A stretch of 64,000 bases of DNA from Cycas panzhihuaensis (Eukaryota > Plantae > Cycadophyta). Positions 13,651 to 28,300 of this stretch are shown one piece after another. The stretch covers positions 174,475,741 through 174,539,740 of the forward strand of contig CM041465.1 of the NCBI GenBank assembly GCA_023213395.1, in the 5' to 3' direction. Numbering within the stretch: position 1 is the first letter of the stretch; every line of letters begins with the position of its first letter. Made by a program: the position numbers and the translations under genes. The notes under the pieces were generated by a model. It saw nothing but the letters and a program-made list of their open reading frames with translations, searched no databases and was not told the DNA's origin.

Positions 13651-15853
13651 TTTTTTTTTTTTTTTGCAAGTTCACAGGAATCCATCTCCTACCTCGCATT
13701 CATCATGAATGTAGAGGGTATTTATGTGAATCATAACAAGATTCACATCATTCATAACTAGCCTACACCCTCCAATCTCACAGAGCTCAAAGTTTCCTAG
13801 GAAGCATCAATTTCTACAAGAAATTCATTCAACACTTCTCCAATATTGCACGTCCACTCAACATTCTCACAAAAAAGTTCCAAGGATTTCATATGCCCCC
13901 CGCAAGCAAAAACAACATTTCAAAAGCTCAAGGTTGCCTTATACACAAGACTTGTCCTCCATCTTCCCAACATCAAACAAGCTTTTGAAGTAGAGACAGA
14001 CACTTCCCAATTTGCCTTGGGCACTGAGCTAGGAGGACACGCAGTAGCCTACCACTCTAAAACATTTTCACAAGCCAAACTTAATTACATCACATATGAT
14101 AAAGAGTTCTACACACTAGTCCAAGCCCTCAAACACTAGTGGCATTTTTTGCTTGGAAAAGAAACTATCATCCATACTGGTCATCAACGCCTTCAATTCC
14201 TTAACTCCAATCCAAAATACAAGAGCATCAACACTTGAAATGGGCTTCCTACATCTAGTAGTTCTAGATTGTCATCAAATACAAAATGGGGATTTCCAAC
14301 AAAGTCATTGACTTCTTAAGCCACCCACCTAATCATACGTTGACCACCATTTTGGACACCAGATTTAGTGGCTATTCATAGTGGAAGGATCTTTATCCCT
14401 TTGACCCACATTTTGGACCTATGTTGTCTACTCTACTACACCCCACAAAAACTAATCTAGAAACCTTTCTAGATTATCATCTTAAAGACAACCTATTATT
14501 CAAACTCAATTGCCTTTGTGTTCCTGTAAAAGTACTATGTCAACAATTGCTCAAAGAAGCCCATTCCGCAACATATAGAGGACACTTTGGAACACACAAA
14601 ACCCTACAACGCCTCCAATGATACTTTCATTGGCCATCCATGTAGAAAATTATGGAGGATTACATTAGCCATTGTTCTTTATGCAATCAATCCAAACCTT
14701 CTAATAGGAAGATAGGATTGTATCAACAATTACCTATACCGAGTCGACCATGGAAGTCCATCTCTATGGATTTCATTAACGAACTACTCACACAATAGTG
14801 AGAACACAACTGCATTTTTGTGATCGTTTGTAAATTTTCCAAAATGGTTGTATTCGTTCCATGCAAAAAGAAGATCTTTGCACCCCAAGCAACAACAATT
14901 TTTTTTCAGCATATATGGACGCACTATGGCCTACCTTTCTCCATTATCTTTGATAGACTAGTCATTTTCTTAGTCATTTATGGCAGTCCCTTTGGAACAT
15001 GCTTGTTTGCCAACTAAAATTTTCAACATAATTTCACCCTCAGATTGATTGCCAAATTGAGGTTTTCAACAGAATGTTGGTCCATGTGCTCTAAATATAT
15101 CACCACAACAACGAGCAGTGGGACACACATCTGCATCCTATTCAACATAGTTATAATCGAGCTACTCATGTCTCCATTGACCATTCTCCATTTGAAGTCC
15201 ATTATGAGTAGTAGTTGCTTGCACCATATGAGATACCACTCGTAATTCCCACTCCTGTGACAGCACATGAACACAAGGAACAACAAAAGGCAACCACTTT
15301 TGTTGATCATATGGCCCAAATTCATTCTATAGTGCAACACATACTACAAAAGACGCAAGATAAATACAAAGCACTTCAAGACCAACATCAAGCCAAATCT
15401 TAGACCCCAGTCAGTGACAAAGTTTGGCTTCATTTGGACATAAGGCATTTTAAACAACATCACAAACTTAAACCTATCCATTTTGGTCCTTACATTATCC
15501 TTTGAGCCATTGGACCCAATGCCTTTCACCTAGACCTACCTACTTGTTTAGGTATCCACGATGTGGTCAACATCAATAACCTCAAATTATATGAAGCACC
15601 ATAATTGGATGATGAACCTTTGGCCACTCATCCACACAATACCATCCCATAGTTTCAGCCACCATTGCAAAAGGATGCCCTACTAGACACCAGGGAATGG
15701 CTCACTAGGCAATAAAAGATTACAACATATTTGGTTGGCAAAAAAGGAACCCTCCCAACCAACGAGAAATGGATTTCTAAAGCATTTTTTCAAGTACTAT
15801 TCCCCCATCTCTGGCAGAAATTGGGGACCATTTCTTCCTTAGTAGGGAGGAAA

Positions 15854-16087
15854 TGATGAGTAACTCATTACTCATAATGTATGTTTAATGTATAGGATAC
15901 TCACTCAATAGTTAGGTGGAACAATTACTACATGGATGACAAATTTCCTTGCATGCACCCCATCAACATATGTATATATATTAATGATCATTTTAGGAAT
16001 ACATCAAGGAAGAATAAATCTCATTCTTCACTTGCTCCCTCGGGGTTTTCAAGTCTACTTGTTCTTTCTCTGTCTTAGAGCTCATCA
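15854..16087 (+). repeat. 3' LTR (234 bp)
   Basis: Follows PPT; matches 7981-8267; followed by TSD gccac. Confidence 0.92.
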
Positions 16088-17610
16088 GCCACCCAAACTA
16101 GAAATTACAAAAGTTTATAGGAGGAAAGAATCTTCCAAGGACAACATGGCATAAGTCGCCATGAGTCCATAACAAAGGGGAGATCCATCATCCTTTATTG
16201 GGGAGGAGTTACTTAGTAGCCCTTAATTTCCCATAATAGGCAACTAATCAATCCCCAAGATGTAAGTGTCTTAAACATCTAACTAAGAAATTACAGCTAA
16301 GAATTCCATTAACTAAAGTTATAAAGTGGATCAAGGTGAGGGCAATGCAATTATAATCTAAAGGGTAAAGTCCAAAGGATCCAAAACCTCTTAGAACTAA
16401 TTAATGAGGACCTCAAAGTCACCATGATAAAACTTGGTGAAACAATAGAAGCAACAATCATAGATGGTGAATTTCTAGTTAATGTATTACTAGAACATAC
16501 ATGGAGAAGGTTGGGATGTCCAAAGATGGTATCTGCAACCTATTCAATAAAATTGGCGAATCAACTAAAAATTAGACCGTTAGGTGTGGTTCTGAACTTT
16601 GAAGTAAATCTTGTGGGCATCATTGTTAGCCTCAAGTTTGTGGTCATAGAAATGGTAGAAGGGGAACCTCATACCCCATGCTACTTTGATGGCCTTAGTT
16701 ATATGACATAGAATGCCTTCAAAATTGGAAAAAGAGAATGTTTATCCTAACCCATGATGGAAGATCTATACCACTACCAATGTTGTGCAATGCAACAATA
16801 ATAGAGAAAATATTGGACAAGAAATCAAGCATGACTATTGCTAGAGAGCAAACCACTAGGTCTTAGGATGAGGCAATAGCATTCTGCTATGTGGAATAAG
16901 CAACAATGATGAACAACCCATATGAATAGGAACCAAACTATTATGGGGGATTTCAACCTTACTCAAAAGTTGGAGAAACAGACACATATTTAACAAATTG
17001 ATTACTAGGGACATATGAGGCAAACAAGACCACCTTTGACTGTGCACACATGCCAATCATTTATGACAATAACTATGATGATAATAATAATAATAATAAT
17101 CAATATATACATGCAACTAGCAATATTCCTAGTGATTGTAATAGTGAACTATATGAAGAGGTAGGTGAGTCATTCTATGTCATTAGTAGCGTAGATAGTG
17201 AGTCCCCTTATGAGGAAATGCCCAATCTAGAAGAGGTAGTGATTAATAGTATGATCCTTGCTATAGAAATAGATGGGATGTCCAAAAAGCCAAGCTATTA
17301 AGCCCCTAGATAGGTTAGGGAATTAGATTCCCTCAAAAACATTGTTCCTAATTTCATTAGGACTAACACAACAAAGTTAAGAATAAAACACATTAGAAAG
17401 TTTGTAAGAGCATTGGGCCAAGCATCAACTTAACAATAAAATCCAATTAGTAGTATATTTTGCCACAACCATGCAGGGAGTGTCTTTATAATAGTATTTA
17501 CCACATTGTGTCCTACTACAGAATTGGGCAAAATTGCAATGTGTATCCAACCTAAGATTCAATTGCCAACTAATAGGAAAAACACCTTTGTTCTTAGTAG
17601 GGGACTATCC
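16088..17610 (+). pseudogene. Continuation of the 5720-7980 element: aspartic protease remnant, no RT/integrase, possible PPT
   Basis: ORF 16424-16711 (TIIDGEFLVNVL..IKLANQLKIRPLGVV..FVVIEM) is gypsy protease-like; agtagggga near 17597. Confidence 0.6.
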
Positions 17611-17827
17611 TCGTAAAAATATCAAGTCATATACAAAATATTAGAGAAACATCAGTGTTAAGAGACATGCTTGTTGATTGAAGATCAACATACCAATTAT
17701 CACAAGGTTACACGTTTATTCTTCAGTCACATGATTTCTTCAAATTGACATCGTCCTCTTCATGTCTTCTAGCCTTGTTTGCTTTGTTGACTTGTTGCTA
17801 CATGTTAGTGCTCATACACACATATGT

Positions 17828-19370
17828 TGTAATGAAAACACTTACACAAGCATACTCATACACATTGCACACAAGTTTTCCTTGTAACTCATAATTCCAT
17901 TAAACATTGCCAATTACAATGCTTAGGAATGAATCACCTTTTGGGTATGCTTGAATGTTTGGATCTCACACCAAAAACCAAGAGAGAATGCCCTATTTAT
18001 ACCCTAAATGGTGACCATTTTAACTAGAAGTTACAACCATTCACAATGTCCATTGACTTTCCATAACAAATAATTAATTATATTTATTAAATTGTGCCTT
18101 TCCTATATGTTTCTACATTCGTATGGACGCCTATACCGTTTCACTATGGTTCGTACTATTCTGTTGTGATTTGTGGCTTTTTAGCATACCATTCCTAAGG
18201 AACAATTCCCATTCCCTTCTAACCATTCCCATATTGTCCCTTTCTAGCAATTGTTCCCAGACAGTTGTTTTATTAACCTACGACTATTCTAACCATTCCT
18301 ACAATTGTTCCAACAATTTCAAAGTGGGTTTTGATTGTTTTTTACATTGAATAATGTCATTCTAACTACTTGCATCATTCCTAAGGTCTTTCCACAACAT
18401 TCCAAGTGCCAAAACTACTATATACATCTATCCTGAGGTTCAAAAATGGTGAGCATCCTTGCTCACAATTCAGGAATGTTTGCCACCAAAATTTTATCAA
18501 AAAACTTTTATTTTTAAGGGGATTATTTTCTCCCTCCCTTTCCTTTAAGCTACCCCTATAGCTCGACTATCAATGACTTTGCAATTGTCTTCTCTTGCCT
18601 TAACTATCGTATGGTGTTCTCATAGCTTCATTTCATTTCATCATTCAAGCTTATAAAGTTTTCAATTTGTATTTTCTTGGCTTCCAATTCCCTTATCATG
18701 TTTTCTTGTTGAGATGCCTAGTTGCATTATGTTTCCATTTCATTTTCATCTACATTTTCTGAATCTTGCTTCCCATGGCTACTCATGCCAAGGTCGACCC
18801 TTCCCCTCCATCTTGTTGTACTGGGAACTACTGTAGCGAAGGGGCTGATTCCTATTCTCTCTCTTCCCCCTCTTGTCTCTGACTGTATCAATCTATGTGT
18901 CCATTTCATGGCTGCCTTCTTCGGCCTATGGTGGTAGGGTTTTCACATCCTACAAAACCACTCCATGATACTTCACATTACTACATCAACTCATCTCTTT
19001 GCATTTTTTGACCCTGTTTCATACAAGAACACCTCTATCCATTGTTGTATAAGTGGCCAATCTTCCTTGATTCTCTCTCCGTAGTCATGATATAGATATC
19101 TACATGAATAACAATGCCAACAACATAACTTCATGTCTAAACATGGGTTTCTCTCCCCATAAGTCTTGCAACTGCTTCAAGATTGTTTCTACCAGATACT
19201 CACTCTAATTCAACATGATTCCTAGCCATATTTCTTATATTGTGCTTATCATTCTAATAGGGCAATAGGTAAATTTCATTTTTTTCAAGGAACCTAATTA
19301 CCAAAATTGTGGCTATCTATTGTAGCCCTTGGTCTATTACATCCTCAATTTTTATTTCTTTAGAATACAT
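17828..19370 (-). mobile_element. 3' end of an old non-chromoviral gypsy: accessory ORF remnant (~18520-19360) and 3' LTR (~17828-18426)
   Basis: Shares acatctatcc and the hairpin gagcatccttgctc with 59970-60016; peptide similarity to the 60086-61136 ORF; minus-strand TATAAATAG near 17993-18001. Left end uncertain. Confidence 0.65.
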
Positions 19371-19529
19371 GTGTGGGTTGGGTTTGTAGTACAACTGAGT
19401 AATTAATTCTCAATCCACTTCACTCTTTATATTTACCTACAACTCTCTCCTAGTTTGGGGTAATCTTGTTAACCTCTAGATAAGATCAACTAAAATCTCA
19501 ATTTGATCTAGGTTTTAGGACACAAACCC

Positions 19530-20960
19530 TATGATGAGGAAAATTTCTAGGGGGAGAAAGTGTGCATAAAGATAGTGTTAAACTAGGGTTGTAAAGGGGG
19601 ATTGGGATTTGTCCTAAAACGAGATTTGAGCTAAGGGATTAGGATTTTGACTAACTATGGGATAGGGAAAGGAGTGTTTCTCTATTGCTATTGAACTTGG
19701 AAATGAGAGAGACAGATAAACCTACCAAAAGAAATGTGCATATGCAATACAAGATCAATGAGTACCTTGCATGGAGCTTGTTGAGGTTCTTCTTTAGAAT
19801 CCTTTGCCTCCATCAATCATTCTCTCGCTTATTCTTTGATAGCTTCATGTCGCTCCTGTGTAGCTTCTTGCATCTCTTCCTTGATCTCGATTTGTCTCTT
19901 GTGAGACTCTTTCGTCATATGTACTTGCTTCGAGTCCTCTCTACAATCATGTTGTTTCCTCTAAACTGGTTCTTTTTCCTATTCCTATAAGGTCTCTGGG
20001 ACCTCCTCTTTAATAGTTTATTTTTCTCCCTCTGCTTCTTCTTCTCCTATTTTTTGCCAATTCGTTTAGTAGCTTTGACGTTTAGATATCCTCATGAAAA
20101 GATTCGATATATATAGATTGAAACCAATACCAATTGGAGAGTATAGATGCTTCTTTAGACCAATTTATGAACCAATCAAGAGCTCTTCCCTCCAGGAAGT
20201 GTTTTAACAATGGTCCATACACTACAATTTTTATACCCCACATGTATTCACAATAGATCGAGTGTTTCTATTTGATGCGCCATATTATCCTCGTGGTCTA
20301 GATTAAAAAATTCTCTTCCCACTTTTCCTTTTAGTCTCTAAGCTTTAGGCTCCATATGTTCCCTCTTTAGTTCTCAAGTTTTCTTTGCAATTTTTTATTG
20401 ATTGCAGTACTTGAAACTAGTATGGAACAAACTTCCTTTAAAATCCTCCTATATCACCCATTTTAGAAATGACCACTTAAAAGTACTCTAAGTCCTTGTA
20501 GGTTTTACAAAACTACCTAACCCACTTTATTCCATTACCACTTAGATATTGGGATGCGAGAGGAATCTTCTTTTCTTTAGGCATCAGGTAAATGTCAAAG
20601 TAGGCATCCAATATCATTGTCCATTCTATCACCTCTATTCCTTTGTTGGGGTTCCTTTTCTCTAATGAGATCTATACTTTATTAGCCATCTTGAATGGAT
20701 CAATTAAATTTCTTCTTGTAACTATGAATACTTGAAAAAGTTTTTGGTCAACAGAAGCTGCAACTTCATTGATTAAAATCTATATCATCTGCTGGTCAAA
20801 ATTATCACATATGACCACTTGCAACAATCGTCTCTGAACCAGGATTCCAACGGTTTAGACGACATTGCAATGTGATACCTATAACTTGGGTTATAGATGA
20901 AAACGTCTAGGTACCCTATTTTGAAAGTATAATTAAAAAAGGAAAAAAAAAAGTCCTTTT
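19530..20960 (-). mobile_element. Internal fragment (F) of the same pol-less family as D and E
   Basis: Reverse complement aligns continuously with 26840-28285. Confidence 0.85.
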
Positions 20961-22769
20961 CCCCCATTTGAATATTGTAATGTGACCATGCAGTGGACAG
21001 GCTCAACATGGAAATTCAATTTATTTTAATATTATCAAAATATTAGGAAAACGAAGTATATTTAGGTTGCAAACTGTTGGACCTGGCACACAGGATTTTT
21101 TTTGACATTCCTCGCATCAGATTCTGCCTTGCCCAAGTTTGACTCAAATCTGCTTTGTCTTCTATAATTAATCTTCGATTTGCTTTGGACTCTAGTACAA
21201 AATGGTACATAGATAGCAATGACAAATAGCAAACAATAATGGTGGCTCAAACGAAGGCTATGAACAAATAATGGTGAGGCCAGGGCAGTGCTAAATGATG
21301 GTGCGTAGGATGTAGAGCTCCAACAATGGATAGACAAGAAGAAGATCTCCACGAAAAAAGAAGAAGTGCGCAACAAGTCCCCTTTAGTTGTTTAAAGGGG
21401 CTTAATTGTTTTTTCAAAAAGCCTGCATCATCTGAAGTACCTATTTTTGCTTCAGTGAGCATAACTATTACATGTGGGGCCCATTTTCAGATTTGTCAGC
21501 TTTAGAGTGATCTCATTTTCACTTAAATGAAACCAGAGGTCACATAATTATATTGGGTTTGCATTTGGCAATCCATTTAATGAGACAAAGTTGATGATAA
21601 TTTTTCCTTATAGTTTATGTACTAAGGGCTCTGTATTTAAACATGACCTCCTTATACTATTTAAGGTATAACTTTGCCATGTAGTGTCAGAATTAAGTGT
21701 CGTCCAAAGCATTGAACTCGTATTTCATTTTTCTACAAAGTGAATGGTCATTTGAATAATTTTGAAATCACTTAATATACTTCTCTTATGATCAAAGTTG
21801 ATGTAGTTTGTGGGCTTCCTATGAGTTGACTCTTTAAACAAACTTAGCAAAAACTTCACTTTGTAATTATAATCTAATACAAATTTTTATCTTGGAGGAG
21901 GTTGAGTCCCAGTCGGGACGCTTATGCATGTTCCAAAGTTGAAGGGGGACAATTTGGCTTGTGGTTGAGTGTTTTTCTATTGCCTTGTTTAGTGCATCTT
22001 TTAGTCTTTCATCAAAGCACTTTATTTTTCAAAGAGCAATATATCTTTCAAGGCAATGGCTTCTAGCATAAGCAATGTTATGGTACCTAAGTTTGATGGT
22101 GCCAATTTTTTGAATTGGAGTTGTATGATGAAACCTATTTTTGTATCAAAATACATGCGGGATTTAATTGAAAATGGATATCGTACACTTAATCCTAACA
22201 CCACTGCAAATAAATAGAAGACCTTCAAGGAGAACGAAAAGAGAGATAATGAAGCTTTGGAATTCATCTTCTGTACTTTGGAGGACCACATCTTCCTAAG
22301 AGTTAGTGAGGCGACTACATCAAAGAATGTGTGAAATGCTTTGAAGACCACCTATGAAGGAGCTGTTGTATCAAAACTTTAAACATTAAGGAGCAAATTT
22401 GAAAATTGTAGAATGAACAACAATGAAGGCATTAATAACTTCATAACCAAGGTACAAGGGCTAGTTAATCAAATGAGGACCTTAAGAGAAGTTATTAGTA
22501 AACAAAGGATGGTAGAAAAAATTCCAAGGGGTGTTAGTGACATCAAGAGGTTTGAAATGGTAGTTACAAGTATTGAGGTCTCCAAAGACCTTACAACATT
22601 CAAGGTTGATCAACTTAGTGCCATGTTATTGGCTGTTGAAGAAAAGAAAGGCGGTAGTGAGTCCTTGGAACATGCATTTGCCACTAAGACAAAGATTAGG
22701 CCATCATATAAAAGCCAAAGTTCTAGAGGAGGAGATCAATCTCCTTGATGAAGGGAACAAAACTTTAGA

Positions 22770-22940
22770 AGCCAAGGGCAATTTCATCAAGGACAAGGTC
22801 AAATTTATCAAGGTCAAGGTCAAGAACAATTCTATCAAGGTCAAGGTCAATTCCATCAAGGATAAGGTCAAGGACAAAGGCAATTCTATCAAGGCCAATT
22901 TAATCAAGGTCAAGGACAAGGTTTTGGACCTCAAGGAATA
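22770..22940 (+). repeat. Coding minisatellite in copia gag (QGQ/FYQ repeats)
   Basis: caaggtcaa-based units; the gag frame reads QGQFHQGQGQIYQGQGQEQFYQGQGQFHQG. Confidence 0.85.
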
Positions 22941-25332
22941 GGTAGAGGGCAAAGTCCAAGGGGAAAGAATCAAAGACAAAGAGGAAAGAGTCCTAAAGGT
23001 AGAGGAAGAGGAACAATACAATGTTCCTATTGTCATAGAAATGGACACTTAGAAAATAATTGTTTCACAAAAAGGTTTAACATGCAAAGAGGAACAACAA
23101 CTCCAATAGTTGAAGAACCAAGGGAGAATGAAAGACTTTTCCTATCTAGTTTAATGGCTAATGAAGAGGAAGATAGTTGGTATATTGATTCAGATTGCTC
23201 TACTCATATGACATACGGGAAAGAATGGTTCAAAAAGTTGGACAATACTCTAAAACACAAAATCATGTTTAGGGATAATACTACTCAAGCTGCAATAGGT
23301 AAAGGAAATGTAGCCATCCAAATAGATTTTGGAGAGACCAGGTGCATCAATGATGTACTTTATATCCCTGCACTCAAGAAAAACTTGTTATCAATTGGAT
23401 AAATGATGGGGCAAAAGTACAAAGTTATCTTTGATAATGGTGAGTGCATCATTAAGGACAAGTTGAAGAATAAGGCAATAGTTGCTAAGGGTCAAATGAC
23501 TAGTGATAGATTGCCTAAGTTAGTCATACCCCCAAATGACTACTATGCCTTAAAGACATTAATTAATGTGGATAGTGAGACTTGGCATAAAAGATTTGGC
23601 CATGTGAACTACAATAGCTTAACATTAATGAAAAAGATGAAAATGGTGGTTGGTCTACCTAACATTGAACATGGCAATGAAATATGTGAGGGTTGTATAC
23701 TAGGCAAACGACAAAGGGAAGGAATCCCTAATGACAGTTATAGGGCAACTGAGCCTCTTCAAATAGTATACATAGATCTATGTGAACCAATGGATGTACC
23801 TTCACTTGGGGGAGCCAAGTACTTAATAACTTTTATTGATGACTTTACAAGAATGACTTGGGCTTATTTACTCAAGTTCAAATTAGATGAACTTTGATAT
23901 TTTATTGATTTCAAAGTGATGATTGAAAGGCAAAGTGGGTATAAAAAATTAATCCTTAGATCAGATAATGGGGGAGAATTCATTTCAAATGAATTCAAGG
24001 ACTATTGTAGGTACTATGGGATAAGGAAACAACTTACTAATTCTTACACTCCTCAACAAAATGGAGTAGCAGAAAGGAAAAACAGAACCATTCTTGAGAT
24101 GGCTAGGAGCATGCTTAAGGATAAGCATCCTAGCAATGAACATTGGGTAGAAGTTATTTATACAACTGTTTATTTATTGAACAAATGCATAATAAAGGCA
24201 GTGAGATGGGTCACACCTGAGAAGGCTTGGACAAGTCACAAGCCAAGTATTAAACACTTAAGAGTGTTTAGGTGCATAGCATATGCACATGTTCCAGAAA
24301 AGAGAAGAACAAGATTGAATGATGAAAGCACTGAGTGTATATTTATAGGATATAGTGACACATCAAGATCCTATAAGTTATATAACCCTAAGGGTAAAAA
24401 AGTCATCATGAGCAGGGATGTCATCTTCAATAAAAATGAATTCAATCAAGAAGAAGTTATTGAAAAAGACGAAGGCAAAACCATTGTGATTGATGTAGAA
24501 CCTAATTCAAATGGTACAAACGTATTTAATACAAGTGAAGCAAGTCCTTTCATTTCAAATCAAAGGGTTCTAAAATGGGTGCAGAGTGGTCATAACCCTC
24601 AAAATATTTTAGATACTAACTTTGAGAAAAGGATAACAAGATCTAAAAGGGTAAATTTTGCACTTATGACTCCAATTATAGAGTCAAATGAGCCTCAAAA
24701 TTTTGCAGAGGCAAATAGCCAAGATAAATGGAAAGGAGCAATGAAGGAAGAATATAATGCCTTAATGAAGAATGCCACTTTTGAGTTCATTGATTTGCCA
24801 CCAAGGAAGAATGACATTGGGACAAAATGGATCTAAAAAACCAAGTACAAGTCAAATTGTTCCATTGATAAATACAAGGCAGGATTAGTTGCAAAGGGCT
24901 ATGATCAAGTTGAAGGCATAACTATAATGAAATAATTGCACTAGTTGCAAGGTTAGAAACAGTTAGATTAATCACAACCTTAGTTGCACAACAAGGTTGG
25001 ACAGCCCATTAGATGGATGAGAAGAATGCCTTCTTACATGGATATGTTGATGAGGAAATATATGTCCAACAAGCTAAGGGTTTTAAAGTGAAAGGAAAGG
25101 AAGTCAAGGTTTATAAACTCAAAAAAGCCTTGTATGAACTCAAACAAGCACCTAGAGCATGGTACTCTAAGATTGATAAATACTTTAAGGATAAAGGATT
25201 CTTAAGGAGCCAATCAGACCCTAACTTGTACATAAATTTGGAAGGAAGCTCAATGTTGATTGTTGGCTTATATGTGGATGACCTAATATATATTAGGAAC
25301 TATGATTACTTGTCCCAAAAGTTTAAGGAAGA

Positions 25333-28300
25333 TGTAACATTCCCAAAAACAAAGAGGTAAATTTTCTATAGAGGGAATTATTACTATGAAGTTGATTTTT
25401 AAGAGGATTAAAGAAAGAATCAATTAATATATTTTATTATAAAGTCAATTTTTTTAGAGAGAGAATTAGGAGCTGGTTTCAAGAGAGAGAGAAATAAAGG
25501 TTATAAATAGAAAAGCCTTGTTCATTTGTTGAACATTCTTGGAGAATTTATTATTACTTGGGATAATGGCCTTGTGTCATTAGGCCTTATTTGCCTATTT
25601 TGGAGGACTACTCTCACCTCGAAGAAGGTTACTTTATTGCTAGACATTATATCAAATTCTGCTATTGTTATTCTATTATCAATATATGTACTGTATACTG
25701 TTGTTATCAAAATATATACTATTAGATGAATGATTTATATGCCTAGTGAGTTGAATATTGTGGAGATTGTCTATTGTAAGTATCCATTACCTGCTACGAA
25801 TACTCTACCATCTGTTGTTGCATGTGAATTTGGATTACCACAACTGGTATCAGAACTACCAATCAGAGCTTGTGTGTAGCTCATGCTTGAAAGATTGCTT
25901 GGGGACTTTCTGTCCATCAATTGATGCCTAGTGAGTTGTCAAAGCCTGCATTGTGCCGGTATCCCTATGACCGTTCGTCTATTGTACCATTAAGGACACG
26001 TTGCCTTGCAATTGTCGTTTCCTTGAGCTGCCTTTCTACCAACCACTACTTTTCCATTGAAGTTATGTGGATTCGCTTTGACGTATTGCATGGAGCATGA
26101 TGGGATGAGAAGAATTGAGTGCATAGAATAGACAAGTTGTACTGAGGAGAATTGACAAGAACTTGCGAAGGAAAAATACATCAGCAACACAGTGCAAGAA
26201 ATTACCTCGGTCATGCAATACATTGAGGAGCACCAATAACCGCCTTTAAATCCATTCATAAATTGCAAGAGGAGGTGAGATCCATCCGTGATTCACAAAG
26301 GAGCACCAATAGCCGCCTCTTAATTCATCTATGATTCATAAGTAGATTCAAGAACCTTATAGAGGTGCCATAGGAGGCCGAGATGCCAATCACTTCTCGC
26401 GTAGTGATGGAAATGCAGGGCCAATATTTGTCAGTAGGAGGACATGATGCAGCGTAAGGACGGATCGAATACAAGGAGAAACAATCAGACGCAGATGCCC
26501 ATATGAAATTGCTCGAATGCCCATAGATTGTGGATCATTATTTTGAATTGCAAAACTAAATTATAGCCATCCGATTTGATGGAGAAGCATATAAATCCTT
26601 CACAAACATAGTAGAACAACCATAAACCCTTCACGATGATAAAAAACATAAGAAATTGCCATTTGACTTCTTGCACTATTGAATTATTTTCAACCATATA
26701 TTATTTCTTTGATTAATGTTTGCAAATGAAATTACATTTGAATTGGTTTGGAGTCCACCCCCTCACAGTTAAGTGATAGGTCACATTGACCTAGCAAGTG
26801 ACCAAGGGTTGAACCAAAAAGGGGCTTAAAACCCTTTTATTTTATTTTATTTTTTCAATTTTATTTTTCAAATAGGGTACCTAGATATTTTTGTTCATAA
26901 CCCAAGCTACAAGTACCGAATTGTAGTGTTGTCTGAACCATTGGAGTCCTAGTTCAAAGACGATCATTTCAAGTGGTTATACATGATAGTTTTGACCAGT
27001 AGATGATATAGATTTTAATCAATGAAGTTGCAGCTTTTGTTGACCAAAAACTTTTTGAGTATCCACATTTACATGAAAGAATTTAATTGAGCCATTCGAG
27101 ATGGCTAACAAAGTGTAGATCTTATTAGAACAATGGGACCTTGATGAAAGAATAGAGACGATAGAATGTACAATAATGTTGGACGTCTACTTCAATGTCC
27201 ATCTGATGCTTGAAGGGAAGAAGATTCCTTTTGCATCCCAATATCTAAGTGGTGATGGGGTAAAGTGGTTCAGATAATTTTGTAGAACCTACAAGGACTC
27301 AGAGTGCTTTAAGTGGTCATTTCTAAGAAGGGTGATAAGAGGATTTTAAAGGAAGTTGGTTCTAAACTAGTTTCAAGTCTTGCGATAAATAGAAATTTGC
27401 AAAGACAACTCGAGAACTAAAGAGGGCACATCTGGAGTTTAAATATCAGAGACTAAAAGGAAAAATGGAGAGATTTTTAAAATCTGGATCATGAGGATAA
27501 TATGAAGCATTGGTTAGAAACACCTGAGATCTATTGTGAATACATGTGGGACACAAAAACTGAAGTGTATGGACCATTATTAAAATGCTTCCTAGAAAAA
27601 AGAGCTCTTGATTGGTTCATAATTAAGCTGAAGAATCACCCATGCTCTCCAATTGGGGTTGGTTTCGATTTTCATGTATCTAAGCCATTCATAAGGACAT
27701 CAAGGCATTAAAGGTACTACATGAATTAGCAAAAATAGAAGAAGAAGAAGCAGAGAAAGAAGAACAAACTATTGAAGACAAGGCCTCAGAGACCTTACGA
27801 AAACAAGAACAAGAACCAGTTCAAAGGAAGCAACACAATTGCATAAAAGACTCGAAGCAAGCACATATGATGTTTGATCACTTACTGGAAGAGTCTCGCA
27901 ACAAGCAAATTGAGATCAAGGAAGAGATCCAAGGAGAAGCTACACAAGAGCAACACAAAACTATCAAAGAGAAAGCAAGAGAATGATCGGTGGAGGCAAA
28001 GGATTCTAAAGAAGAACCTCAACAAGCTTCATGCGAATCTTGCCAGGTACTCATTGATCCTATATTGCACATGCACATTTCTTTTGGTAGTTTTATCTGT
28101 CCTCTCTCATTTCCAAGTTCAATGGCAGTAGAGAAACCCTTCTTTCCCTATTCCATAGTTAGTCAAAATCCTAAACCCCTTAGCTCAAATCTTGTCGTAG
28201 GACAAATCCCAATTCCCTTTTACCACCCTAGTCTAATACTATCTTTACACAATTTTTTTCCCCATAAGATTTTCCCTCATTAGGCTATTTTAAACCATCC

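Larger units (their letters stand above)
7981..16087 (+). mobile_element. Two-LTR decayed Ty3/gypsy chromovirus with short LTRs
   Basis: LTRs 7981-8267 and 15854-16087 (TGATGAG...CTCATCA), TSD gtcac/gccac, tggtat after the 5' LTR, PPT agtagggaggaaa. gag ~9400-10200, protease 10286-10639 (CIIDNKS), RT (NRYPLPRIDNLLDQL), RNase H 13846-14320, integrase 14420-15600, chromodomain-like end (TYLVGKKG..KWIS). Confidence 0.92.

Noticed and set aside
21040-21480. Possible host gene fragment (ORF 21062-21376) or the 5' LTR of the 22056 copia
   Set aside because: No recognisable domain and no convincing match to the sequence after 30568; left unassigned.
22573-23048. ORFs 22573-22941 (+, KVKVK-rich) and 22704-23048 (-, LTLTL-rich)
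   Set aside because: Off-frame and antisense readings of the gag QGQ minisatellite.
28130-28190. G-patch-like peptide on minus (KGFRILTNYGIGKEG)
   Set aside because: Not preserved in element E and surrounded by stop codons.
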